Assembly: GCF_006345805.1 (NCBI RefSeq)
Contig: NC_043008.1
Location: forward strand, 27,528,001 to 27,592,000
Direction: 5' to 3'
From: Octopus sinensis
Lineage: Eukaryota
DNA: 64,000 nucleotides
The stretch's first letter is position 1. Every line of letters starts with the position of its first letter. The notes below the pieces were generated by a model. It saw only the letters and a program-made list of their open reading frames with translations, did no database searches and was not told the DNA's origin. A program made the position numbers and the translations under genes. This document shows, in pieces, positions 27,232-39,554 of the stretch.

Positions 27232-27788
27232 ATGTGTGTGTGCGTGTGAGTGTGTCTGTATGTGTGTTCCATGTGTATGCGTGCGTGCTTCTGTGCTTCT
27301 GTGTGTTTACTTTTAATTTCAATTTCTTTTCTTTTCTTTTTTTATTTTTTTTCCCATATGTCTATCATTTACATGTCTATGTGTATGTATGCATGAGTTT
27401 GAGCATGATTCGGAGGAGTATTTGCGCATATTCCCATGCGCATGTGAATATTTATATAAGTATGCATGTCTATGTAAGTGTATATCTGTTCGAGGATATA
27501 TTTATCAATGTCTGTGCATCAGTACTCTCTCTCTCTCTCTTGCTTTCTCTCACATACACATACACGCGCACACACACACCTGCTGTGGACGGTTTCTTTT
27601 CCTTTTCTCGACTTTTTACTTTATCCTGACCGACGAAGTACTAAGGTCGAAACGTCAAAATCTCTCTTTCCACCGAGCGACAAGCTCATTTCTTCTCCAT
27701 ACCCTCCAGTTGTTCAGTAATTTTTCCCGTTTACTTGAATCAGCTTTCTATTTGAATTCACTATACTTACATACATACATACATATAT

Positions 27789-27867
<79 letters not shown>

Positions 27868-27924
27868 TTAGAAAGTTTGGAGATGATGTAAAGGTATTTT
27901 ATATTAGAGGAAATGAGGTACTCA

Positions 27925-28209
27925 GAAATTCGGATGATTTTATATTTACAGATATTTATTTGTGTATTTCATGTTTTTATACGTCATATAACTTATATCA
28001 TATATCATATATTAGCGCTTTCGTCTATTCTGGTGGATTTTTCAAATTGATCAGTTCTATTTGAAAAATCCACCTGAATGGACGCAATTTGAAATATCCA
28101 CCAGAATGGACGAAAGCGCTAATATATGATATATGATATAAGTTTTATGATGTATAAAAACATGTAATATACAAATAAATATCTGTAAATATAAAACCAT
28201 CCGAATTTC
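27925..28209. repeat. Inverted repeat (arms 27925-28049 / 28085-28209) from a PLE pseudo-LTR, with hammerhead-like motifs
   Basis: Near-perfect reverse complement; the spacer holds a third partial copy; directly upstream of the PLE ORF fragment. Confidence 0.85.
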
Positions 28210-29318
28210 CCTATTTCTTTACCCCGCCCCCGTAGATCGAACCCGAATGAAATTAAGGACAATACTTTGGACCTCTGCGAAAATTACGCCTCACAGAAGC
28301 TCTTTACAACTACACCAGTGAAGATGATTCAATAGTAAAAAACAAAAGTGAGTACCGTCCTATAAAAGGCAGAAATAAAGCACTTGATGTTTTCTGCTAT
28401 CACATAACTTGTTTTCCTTACACTACCCTTCCAAAACAACATATTATATCCAACCTTAATTTAAATGAATGGAAAGACCTTGTCGAGCTAAAAAAATGGC
28501 ATAAACCTCACTATTAAAGAAGCCAACAAAGGAAGTGCGGTAGTATTGATGGATACAGAGTACTACAAAAATTTAATACTTTCCATGTTGGAAAATAATT
28601 CTTACTATGAGAAATTAACATATTACCACCCACAGAAAACACTGAAAAACTTATACTCCTTACTCCAAATTCATGGAAAGGGTCTTACTACACATGAAAT
28701 AGACTATTTATCCAATTTCAAATACAGTCTTAGTCTATTCTACAGATTACCCAAAATACATAAAAATCCACACATTTGTGAAGCCTGCAAAGTCTCTACA
28801 AGCCTATGCATTAATGTTCTCCCCCCCCTACTGACCTCAAACTCAGACCCATCATAGCTGGCGCTTCTTGTGAAACCCACCGTTTGAGCAACTTCCTCGA
28901 CATATTACTGAAACCTTTTTTAAAATATGTGAAAAGCTTTGTCAGGGATGACCTAGACATGCCGAACCACCCCCCGAAGACAATAAAGGACGGAACACTG
29001 CTGGTATCTTTCGATGTGGTGAATCTGTACACCAATATTCCACACGACTATGGTATAGAAGCAATCACATTTTGGCTAGAAAAATACTCAGAAGAGATCC
29101 CAGGACGAATTGTCCACAATTTTATAATTGAAGCACGGAAATTCATTCTGCTAAACAATCATTTCTTGTTCGATACTACTTACAATCGACAAGAATGTGG
29201 AATTGCAATGGGAACCAGAGCTGCTCCAGTGATTGCAAACCTCGTAATGGGTTACCTCGAACTCAAGTTATACAAGTCATCACTAGAAAAATATGGCGCC
29301 TCTTTTAATTGCTACTAA
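28210..29318 (+). mobile_element. Penelope-like element RT fragment, truncated before the YxDD motif
   Basis: KEANKGSAVVLMD, FYRLPKIHK, LRPIIAG..ETHRLS, VSFDVVNLYTNIP, IAMGTRAAPVIANL; several frameshifts. Confidence 0.92.
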
Positions 29319-29652
29319 TCATGGTTCGCTTTGTCCTTTTACTTTATTATCATCTTATAATCATCTCATAATAATGATTTTTATGACTCTTATTACTACC
29401 TCAGTCCATCTAAGTGTATATATTTGTCGTTACCTGTCATAAAAAGCCTTTTTTTTTATTTGCAATGTGCTTTTTCGTTGATTTTTCATATTTTACCCTT
29501 ACATTTCCACGTATATTTTATATTTTCTTTTTGTAACATATTTCTACTATATATATATATATGTGTGTATGAATGTATGTATCTAAGCGTATATATAAGT
29601 ATGTTTTTATATAGAAATATATATTTGTTGTATATATGTATGTCTATATATA

Positions 29653-29707
<55 letters not shown>

Positions 29708-29855
29708 CAAAGAGCAATAAAGATTCAAGTTAATTTAAAAAATTTACTTGAATATGGTACCTAACTTAGATGCACCAAAAAAACTATACTGATTTAACAA
29801 TACAGTAATGTGGGGTGATTATAAGCGAGAAAGAAGCAACAAGAATGGATAGGTT

Positions 29856-29943
29856 TTTAGTACGATCGTTTCATACAAGGACAGGTTTTATTAAAAGTTG
29901 CAAAGATTACAGCATATAACGAGTCCCGTACTCATCAGCTAAA
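29856..29943 (-). ncRNA. Type I hammerhead ribozyme with extended stem II (left palindrome arm)
   Basis: Reverse complement of the motif at 30478-30565. Confidence 0.75.
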
Positions 29944-30477
29944 ATACATGTAAGTTCTCTAGACATCCTAGTGTTTGAGGCTATACTCATGAAGTAATGT
30001 AGATAATTAAACAGATTTCTAAAGTTCATTAAAGTTCTTTAAAGATGATGTACAGTCTTATCACAGAATTTTAAAAAAGTTTTGATAGCATCACAGAGAA
30101 GGTGACCTAATCCATATGAATTTCCATAGATATGATGAGGAATTATATACTCACAGAAGACAATTTATCCATTGTTAATTACAACGAGGTGGGTCTCAAT
30201 TCCTGCTTATTAATAAGCAGGAATTGAGACCCACCTCGTTGTAATTAACAATGGATAAATTTGTCTTCTGTGAGTATATAATTCCTCATCATATCTATGG
30301 AAATTCATATGGATTAGGTCACCTCTCTGTGATGCTATCAAAACTTTTTAAAATTCTGTGATAAGACTGTACATCATCTTTAAAGAACTTTAATGAACTT
30401 TAGAAATCTGTTTAATTATCTACATTACTTCATGAGTATAGCCTCAAACACTAGGATGTCTAGAGAACTTACATGTA

Positions 30478-30565
30478 TTTAGCTGATGAGTACGGGACTC
30501 GTTTATATGCTGTAATCTTTGCAACTTTAATAAAACCTGTCCTTGTATGAAACGATCGTACTAAA
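30478..30565 (+). ncRNA. Type I hammerhead ribozyme with 59-nt stem II region
   Basis: tttag-CUGAUGA-gtacgggac...gtccttgtat-GAAAC-gatc-GUA-ctaaa; all core nucleotides present; predicted cut after 30560. Confidence 0.8.
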
Positions 30566-30596
30566 AACCTATCCATTCTTGTTGCTTCTTTCTCGC

Positions 30597-30666
<70 letters not shown>

Positions 30667-31083
30667 TATATATATATTGTATTGATGTACAATGTACCTC
30701 ATTAATACGTAAGTATACAAACATTTATTTTATCTTTATTTCTTGAAAGGCATGCTATTTCTTCATTTCTTGTAAAGCATGGTATTTGCCAAATATGAAT
30801 TATACACGTAATACTGTAAGTTTGTTATATAGGTCTCACACTATCACAGGTATAAAATATTTTCCTTTATCATTTGTAACTGTTTTGATAAGTGTTTTCG
30901 CACGACATTTGCGGCCCTTAAGTCACTCTGTTACGTCTTACATATATTGTTAAAAGTATATATATAATGATGTTTTGAGCTTTATCAAAATTGTTTGCGT
31001 CGCTCAACCTATAATGTGTTTATAAATATGTACGTATGAATATAAGTATGCATGTATGTACGTACATACGTATGCATGTATGC

Positions 31084-31156
<73 letters not shown>

Positions 31157-31986
31157 ACTTATATATATATAATGTATATACATATATACAGATTTATGCC
31201 AAGGGGGGGAACTATACACAATAATAAAAATTGTGACATTTTACAACAAAACACGATACATATATCAATATAATAATACCAAAATATATGTCAAGACAAA
31301 ATTCACTACACAAGGTGACATATACAAATTAATTAAATATATATCAACAAAACACATCAGATACGCACATTAAGCAATATGTACATAATTCGTGACAACG
31401 CTGTAAAACATAACACAAACTGAGTCAATAATATGTTATAAAGCATTAATTGCATAAAGTAATGAAATGATTGTTACAAGAAACCACACACGCAAATACA
31501 ACAAGTATATGCTCATATATAAAGAACAATACGTACGCACAAACAAACACAAACATGCATATACGTGTATAACTATAAACAAACTAACATTTGTATTTTA
31601 TCAGCGCCGAACTGTGTATTGTAAGACACAACTAAGATGATGATTTATTTTGAAAGTAGAGACGTCGTTAGATCAGTAGAAATATTGGATAAATTACCCT
31701 TACAAAGTAGAAAAAATTGTTAACGAACATCCATGGGGCTCCATCCCACATCCCTTGACGATTCCGGTCAAGTACTTTGCCATTAAGATAAACTGCCCGC
31801 TGAGAAAGTAAACCGTTTGATTTTAGACGCTATAAATCTAAAAGTACAACCAGGTTTATAACTAAAACAAAGTAACATTTCTTTTTCATAAACACCGAAA
31901 TTTTTGATTCGATGGGGGTTCGAAAATAGATAACTATATATTATTTACACATACATATATATATATATATAACATACATATATACA

Positions 31987-32037
<51 letters not shown>

Positions 32038-32271
32038 TATATATTATCAATTAGTCAATTTAGGGTAGCAAAAAAATTCAATAGAAATTTATCGCAACCA
32101 GCGGCCCGGTGAAAAAGAGAAAATAGTCATCGACTAAATATATAAATATAACGATTTAGGAGTGACCCCAACAGGTCACTCGTCCACCAGAAAGAGCAGC
32201 CATAACTCACACCGCCAAGTATTATTAATTCAGAAATTAGGTGAAAATTTAAAAACATTTACCCTAATTCA

Positions 32272-32371
32272 TCTTTTAGACGTTGCAACGTTTCTGTGTC
32301 ATTAATGATTAAATAGCTTAATTAAATTGAATTAAGCCAATCTACCATAGGTTACACTTCATCAGTAAAGA
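32272..32371 (-). ncRNA. Type I hammerhead ribozyme with extended stem II (left arm)
   Basis: Reverse complement of the motif at 32614-32714. Confidence 0.65.
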
Positions 32372-32613
32372 CCTGGGAGAGACAAATATACACGAGGCGT
32401 CTGTATCGAAGCCTACGGGATATCTGACTTAAAATTTTCAAGACTGACGTATTCGCGCCAAACTTATCAACAGTAAATATAAACTGCCGATTCAATCTCA
32501 GATTATTCAGAAAATTATCAAGTTTGGCGCGAATACGTCAGTCTTGAAAATTTTAAGTCAGATATCCCGTAGGCTTCGATACAGACGCCTCGTGTATATT
32601 TGTCTCTCCCAGG

Positions 32614-32714
32614 TCTTTACTGATGAAGTGTAACCTATGGTAGATTGGCTTAATTCAATTTAATTAAGCTAATTTAATCATTAATGACACAGAAACGTTG
32701 CAACGTCTAAAAGA
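32614..32714 (+). ncRNA. Type I hammerhead ribozyme with 65-nt stem II region
   Basis: tcttta-CUGAUGA-a-gtgt...acac-a-GAAAC-gttgcaac-GUC-taaaaga; self-complementary stem III; A-A at the stem II base is non-canonical. Confidence 0.7.
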
Positions 32715-32869
32715 TGAATTAGGGTAAATGTTTTTAAATTTTCACCTAATTTCTGAATTATAATACTTGGCGGTGTGAGTTATGGCTGCTCTTTCTGGTG
32801 GACGAGTGACCTGTTGGGGTCACTCCTAAATCGTTATATATATATATATATAATATATATATATTATAT

Positions 32870-35020
32870 ATATAAAATAGTAAAAAGTGAAAAACTAGGG
32901 AAGGCTCAAAGGTTAAAAGTATATATATATTTTTGAGTCAATATGTCTGAAGAATATTAAAAAAAATTTTCTTACAATGACATAGTTTAGAAGAAAGACC
33001 GGTTTCGCGTTTAGCTTTTCAAATTTCTTACGACGTTATGTTTATGTTGAACACAGTTATCGTTATGTTTACGTTTAAAAGAGTTCTAAATAAGGGGAGG
33101 TAATGAGTGATTTCTTCCGGTGTAAGGGAGATAATCGCTTAAATTTTTGTTTCATTTCCCTTGGTGTGAATTTCTCTGTATCAGTATGTTGGCATGGTAA
33201 AGTCTGGGCTTGTACTTTTCAATGAAGAATGTTTCCTTGTTTAGTCTAATTTGTGTTGATAATCCGATAGCACATTGGTAAATGGAAAGATTAAAAATTG
33301 TGGTAGTAGTTGCTTTGCGCATTTCTGAATGTGCTCACTAAAAGGTATCATTCTGTATTCTGGGAATGCAATCTGTTGTCGATGCAGTGTGCATCTACGT
33401 CTTAGTGATAGTCCCGTGGATCCCACGTTGTCTTGGTGGCAGCCCGAGCATTTCATGACATAAATTATGTTTTCAGAGGCACAAGTAAAGTTAGATTTTA
33501 TCTTGAATTTTTGTCCCTCTTTAAAGAGGAATTCTGATCCTTCTAGCAGGTTTGGACATGTTGCACAGTTCGATCTACCACATTTTTTTTACTTTTGCAT
33601 CCGTAATTTCAGAAAACAATTTTGCTTTTGTGAGAATCTTTTTAAGTGATTTAGGTTGTTTGTAGCTTTTAATGATTTGGTGTATGTTTAGAATTTCCTT
33701 TAATTTGGGGTCCTTATAAAGTATTGGTAAATTCTGGGTGATGATGGTGAAGGCTTCTTTGTTTCTGGGGTTTTATGTAGATATGTAAGGTAGTATTTTT
33801 GGGGAAGGTGTGTTGTTGTGTTGAACTTTTCTTAAAGTTTCTATGTTTATTTCTGTTGCATGTCTGATCCCATCCTCTATGAGTTGAGCTGGGTAATGTC
33901 TGTCAATTAGGGTGTTTTTGAGTTCTTGCAGTCTAAAGTTCCTAGTATTTTTTTCTGACACTATTGTGCATATCCTTCTTGCAAGGTTGACGGGGATGTT
34001 CGTTTTAGTGTGTCTTGGGTGGCATGAATTTAAAAGAAGGTATTGTTTGGCGTCTGTGGCTTTGTAAAAAAATGTCTGTTTCTATTTTAAGGTTAATTTT
34101 TTTAATTAGTATATCCAAGAACGGGAGCTCCTTTTGGTTGTATTCCATTGTGAACTGTATATTTGGGTTTATGCTGTTCAATAGGTTTTTAAATTTTAGG
34201 AGTTTATCTGTGTTTTCATTCCAGAGTATAAAACAATCGTCTAAGAATCGTTTCCAATTCTCTTTTATGTATTGAGAAAGGGTGTTTCCAAAGATTGATA
34301 AAGATTCCTGGTAAATGATTATTTCCATGTAGCCCATTGTTAGGTTCGCAATGACTGGTGCTGCCCTTGTACCCATAGCAATTCCGGATTTTTTACGGTA
34401 AAATGTATTGTCAAACATGAAGTGGTTATTATGTAGGATGAATTCAATTGATTTAGTAATGAATTCTTTACTGATCCTTTTTGGTATTTCTTCTGGAAAT
34501 TGGTCCAGCCAGAACTGTATTGCCTCTAGCCCATAATTATGAGGTATACTGGTATATAAGTTAACTACATCAAATGAAACCAGGGTTGTTTCTACCTTGG
34601 CTTTTTTTGGAAGGTGGTTTAACATAGCTAAGTCATCTCTGATATGGCTATCGATATGTTTAAGGAACGGTTTCAGGAGGATGTCCATAAATAGACTTAG
34701 TCTGTGTGTTTCACAGGTTGGGCCAGCTACAATGGGTCGTAGTTTTAGGTCCCCCGGGTTAGGTGTGTGTATGTATGTCTTTGGTGATTTTTTAATGGTT
34801 TCATTTATAATTTGGCTTTTATGAATTGTTGGCAGACCATAGAAAAGGCTAGGTTTGCATTTAAAGTGTGTTAGAACAAAAATATTTCACATACAGAAAT
34901 TTTACACACACCACAAGCAAATACAACCATAGATTCTTCAGACATATTGACTCAAATATATATATGTTTTAACCTTTAAGCCATCTGTAGTTTTTTCACT
35001 ATTTACTATTTTCTATATAT
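32870..35020 (-). mobile_element. 5'-truncated Penelope-like element (RT + GIY-YIG) with an inverted pLTR piece at its 5' end
   Basis: ORF 34005..34688: FDVVNLYTSIP, IAMGTRAAP, WKRFLDDCF, LPFLDI; IIYVMKCSGC..VGSTG endonuclease; 34933-35020(+) repeats 32871-32955(-). Confidence 0.93.
32991..33029 (-). ncRNA. Minimal hammerhead motif, U3:A8 variant, in the PLE 3' pLTR
   Basis: aagaaa-t-UUGAAAA-gc-taaac-gc-GAAAC-cg-GUC-tttctt; one extra U and only a 2-bp stem II. Confidence 0.55.
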
Positions 35021-35050
35021 TCAACCACGTGCTTTCACAAACCAACTTTC

Positions 35051-35051
<1 letters not shown>

Positions 35052-35130
<79 letters not shown>

Positions 35131-35145
35131 ATATATATATATATA
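35052..35145. repeat. (CTAT)n-(TA)n microsatellite
   Basis: Directly visible. Confidence 0.97.
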
Positions 35146-35830
35146 TTCTAAGAGAATTAGAGGTTGTGTATATATATATATATTCTCATAATTATTTACA
35201 ATAAATTGACATAATATGTCTAAAAGTTGATGCATACTACCTCTGGATCCCCTCCATTATCTTCTTGCCGTATATATCTCTATCTATAAAAGTATGATGT
35301 ATGTGTGTTTGTTTACATGATTGTAATTAATGGACGTCCACAAATTAGCATACATGTCGCTTAAACATGAGTTAAGTCTCTTCTAGCCATAGCCAAGCGA
35401 AAGTGTGTGTGTGAGGGAGAAAGAGAAGGTGTGTGTTGATGCATGTGTGTGTGTGTGTGTGCGGAGAGAGAGAGAAGTTGTGTGTTGATGTATGTGTGTG
35501 GGTGTGTAAAACCCGGCTTTGCCCGGTATCAAGGTACAATTATTAGGCTAATCAAGTTTTATTTCAAACCAAACTAAGTAATATCGACGGCAAATTTGGG
35601 CATATGCCTTTGCAAGCATACATGTTCATAAACAGAAATGGATGGAAAACATGTTCGTAAATTTGTAGATCAACACTGGCACGATTTTCATTAAGAAAAA
35701 AAAATCGGTTTTTGTGTGGAATCAACTACTCTGGCCTCCTAAATCCGTTTTGTGGTCCGTAAAACGGAGTGAGGTGTGGTGGAAGCCTTGGAAATCGTAC
35801 CCATTTATATTGTGTAACTCACTGATATGT

Positions 35831-36135
35831 GAAGGCGCAATGGCCTAGTGGTTAGAGCAGCGGACTCGCGGTCGGAGGATCGCGGTTTCGATTCCCAGAC
35901 CGGGCGTTGTGAGTGTTTATTGAGCGAAAACACCCAAAGTTCCACTTGGCTCCGGCAGGGGGTGGTGGCGATCCCTGCTGTACCCTTTCGCCACAACTTT
36001 CTCTCTTTCTTCTGTTGGCCTGCTCGCTTAGCCAGCGGGGTGGCGTCATTTGAAAGCTAAAACAATGCGAAGCGCGTTGTGACCAGCGATGTGTAGCAAG
36101 ATCTGATAGCCTGGTCGTCACGGTAATCACGGTGA
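35831..36135 (+). mobile_element. Full-length tRNA-derived SINE
   Basis: tRNA-like head with A box TGGCCTAGTGG and B box GGTTTCGATTCCC, followed by a unique body ending in (TA)n. Confidence 0.85.
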
Positions 36136-36153
36136 AATATATATTTAGTGAGA

Positions 36154-36236
<83 letters not shown>

Positions 36237-36239
36237 GTG

Positions 36240-36273
<34 letters not shown>

Positions 36274-36690
36274 CATATATATATATATATGTATAATTTC
36301 TCACTGTATATATTTATATATATATATCATCATCATCATCATCATCATCATTTAGCGTCCGTTTTCCATGCTAGCATGGGTTGGACAATATATATATATA
36401 TATATATATTGTCAGAATAATAAATATTTTAAACATTTTTTACGACCAGTTGCCTAGCGTATAGAAAAATTAGTCAATAGACTATATATTACTCATATAA
36501 AATACAGTGTACATTTAAACATATTAAAAGGTAACCATCATAGGAATCCTTTAGGCTAGAAAGAACACCTAAAGTCCAAACCAATAATTAAGGATAAAGT
36601 TTCGAAGGTTATGAAAAAGTAAAATATTTACCATCTTTTTCCTGGACCATAGTTTCTGACTTATTTTAGCAAATAAAACAATTTAGTAGG

Positions 36691-36854
36691 CGACGGGCTT
36701 ATTTCAGTTTCCGTCAACCAAATCCACTCACAAGGACTTTGTTAGCCCGTGGCCATAGTAGAAGACACCCGCTCAAGGTGCCACGTAGTGGGACTGAACC
36801 CGAAACTATGTGGTTGGTTAGCAAGCCAATTACCACACAGCCACTCCTGCGCCT
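36691..36854 (-). mobile_element. tRNA-derived SINE, 5' half
   Basis: Minus strand aggcgcaggagtggctgtgtggtaa...gggttcagtccc...ggcaccttgagcgggtgtcttctact. Confidence 0.85.
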
Positions 36855-36959
36855 GTATGAAATATTCAATTTATTTTTATATGAAAATTGACAGTATTTT
36901 TTGTTAAATATGTTTGGATGGAATGTATCTCCCATTTTCATATGCACACTGTATGTTCT

Positions 36960-38030
36960 TATACACGGTTTCATTTTGCACGGTACTCTCTGGAAGGTAT
37001 CCCCCGTGCAAAAGGAGAATTAAGCATATATATATATCAACGTGGCCAGCTCCGGTGGTGAGCACGTGGTCTGGGTGGAATCTGTAGGCCGCGTACACGT
37101 TGCGAATGAAGTCCTTCCTCATTGTGGTGCAACATGTGGTTAACAGAATACTTCAGCTTGTCAATATTTATGTGGCAGACTTTGCAGGCCTTGCCCTTCA
37201 CATGTGCCCACATGCAGTAGTCGAAGGATTCGATGATGAGCGACTGTGGCTGCCAATAATACTTCGACCAGAAGTTCGACCGCAACCACTGTTGCACGGC
37301 TTTGGGCGTGTGGGCCAACATCCTCCTGCTGAAACAGGGAGATTGCCTTTTTGATTATATTTCTCTCCCAGTGCTGGACACCCGTGACCGAGATGTCCCT
37401 GTAGTCGGTCGCGGTGAGCCTGTAAACGACTGTGAAACACATCGGGGGCATCTTCTCACCATCCGAAGGACGCCGTGCATTATTACGCACACGGGTGCTT
37501 GGTTGTAGACACATAACGAACCTCGAATACGTCCTGTCTCACCTTGAGCATGGGATCTTTCTGCATGTTAACAACCGGGTCGACCGTGAAGGTTTTTATC
37601 ATCAGAAAAAATGAGATTCGATTGCCATGACACTTCAAGTAGGTGAGAATGCTACGAGAGCCTCCCCGACGTTGTTCTCGCATACGGTCGGTGAGTAACG
37701 GCCTTTCCACGCACCTCAAGCTCTTACTGCCCTCTTCCTTGATGGTCCTGGACACTGTGACGATTGAGATGTGATTCGCGAGCGCAATAATTTTGAACTT
37801 CGGATAACTTTTCGAAGGCTCTTATCAGAACCAAACCTTTGACTACTTGAGGTCTGCCTAAGCGAGGTCAATCTTTGAGGTCTGTCCCGTTCTCGAGCAT
37901 GTCTGCCACTCTGTGAACAGTCATCCGGTTGACGTTGAGCCGCTTGGTGATGTCGGACTTGTAGCCCGCGTGCATCAGAGCAGAATTCTCGATTCTTTTC
38001 GCTTCCGTCTCGACACACATCCACAACGAA
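36960..38030 (-). mobile_element. Tc1/mariner superfamily transposase pseudogene (maT/DD37D-like)
   Basis: Frameshifted LLTDRMREQR..KTFTVD..TTKHP, KMPP, FQQED..AHTPKAVQQWL..FW...WQPQS...FDYCMWAHVKGKAC..MRKDFIR. TIRs not clearly recovered. Confidence 0.85.
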
Positions 38031-38514
38031 TATGACGTTTTAATTATACATGCTGAAAAATGTTTGACGGCACAAACAAATAAACCCTTCGAAAGAAAAA
38101 AAGATGTATAAAATTACACCATACTAGATGAAGACTATGTTTCACGGGAAAATTTACTTCCATTTCTCCCGAAAAATATGCTACGAGTGTGTGTCTGTCA
38201 GGAAAAATAGATGGTTGGAAGAGGATGGCCTTCCTCTTAGGACGCAACTGTTTTTTTCTTTTTGCTTTACTCACGAGTGAAGAAACTGACTTCAGTCCGT
38301 ATTTGTGTTAGAACTGCGGATGAACCACTGTACAACTGTTGATTACAACTGATATGTTCGTGAAATATGTGCAGTAACCCAGTTCAGGAGGACGGTCTTG
38401 CAAAATTGGTGTGATAGACGAAACAATTTTCTCAAGACGTAAATAGAACCGATAACATGTGCTTGCTATCTGGGCGATGAAGTTTCTGAGGAGTGTGACG
38501 TTTGACCAAACATG

Positions 38515-38820
38515 TTTTTCTTGATGTGGTGCCATGACAGAATAAAGACTCATTAGAGGAATGCATTTGTCTGTCACTTATAGAAACTAGAATTTTCAGT
38601 GATGTATAGAGGGACTACTCTCAAATTCCTGAAAATGATAGTCACAATTTTAGGCATAGAACACTGAACAAATCATTGAGATTATTATCTCGTAAGATGG
38701 TATCCACACGCGACAAGTGGAAAACAGCATATGGGTCTATATAACGCAAGAGAAGAAACGATGCTGTGGGACCCACGGTTTTATGATTCACTCGTAACTC
38801 TGCAAGTTTATGCGATGCAG
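38515..38820 (+). mobile_element. Merlin (IS1595/ISXO2-like) transposase relic
   Basis: FLDVVP.QNKDSLEECI..TRIFSDV.RDYSQIP..HRTLN(H)S, then in a shifted frame DGIHTRQVENS..KKRCCGTHGFMIHS.LCKFM. Confidence 0.7.
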
Positions 38821-39436
38821 AAAATATTTAAAAAATTGAATTTGTTTTGATAAACTCCTTTGGTACATAAAATATCTTAATTTTCGCCGTCATAATGCTT
38901 TGCTTTCACTCTGTTTAATAAAATTCGTGGTAATGTTTTGATAGACAGTTATCAGGTAAAAAATGCTATCTTCCATATTTTGTTTTGTGATTGGGTAAAA
39001 CTGATCAAATTTAAAAGTCTAACAATTTTCTGTATTTTTTCTATAGTAAGAGAATAATAATATCAGAATCAGTTTGAAAAATTATACTGGATGTACAAAC
39101 TTCGAAGATTTTCACTTAGATTTAAAATTTCAATGCTGTGACAGCAGCAGAAATGATCGGCAAAAATTATTTAGTTTCACACATTCGTAAACTACTTTTT
39201 ACGTCGACATTATTCATGCTTCAAAATAATTATAGTTGTCGTTTTTTGAGATGTAACATTTAAAAGTGTGATTACGTATATAATAGAAACTTTTTCAGTA
39301 GACAGACACACAAGCAGAAACACGTACATATGTATATACATATATACATGGATAAATACGTAACAGAAATATATACATAGATATGTATAATTACATGCGT
39401 ACATAAATAAATATATGTATATATACATATACATAT

Positions 39437-39554
<118 letters not shown>

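Larger units (their letters stand above)
29825..30596. repeat. Spacer-less ~770 bp palindrome (centre between 30211 and 30212)
   Basis: ...caattcctgcttatt|aataagcaggaattg...; arms differ only by a few 1-nt indels. Confidence 0.97.
32146..32839. repeat. Inverted repeat, 320-bp arms (32146-32465 / 32520-32839), 54-bp spacer
   Basis: Arms essentially identical apart from two 1-nt indels; flanked by TA-rich/(TA)n sequence. Confidence 0.97.

Noticed and set aside
27620-27660. ctgacc-gacgaagtactaa-ggtc-GAAAC-GUC hammerhead remnant
   Set aside because: The core appears to have lost several nucleotides; probably a decayed PLE hammerhead, not supportable as a feature.
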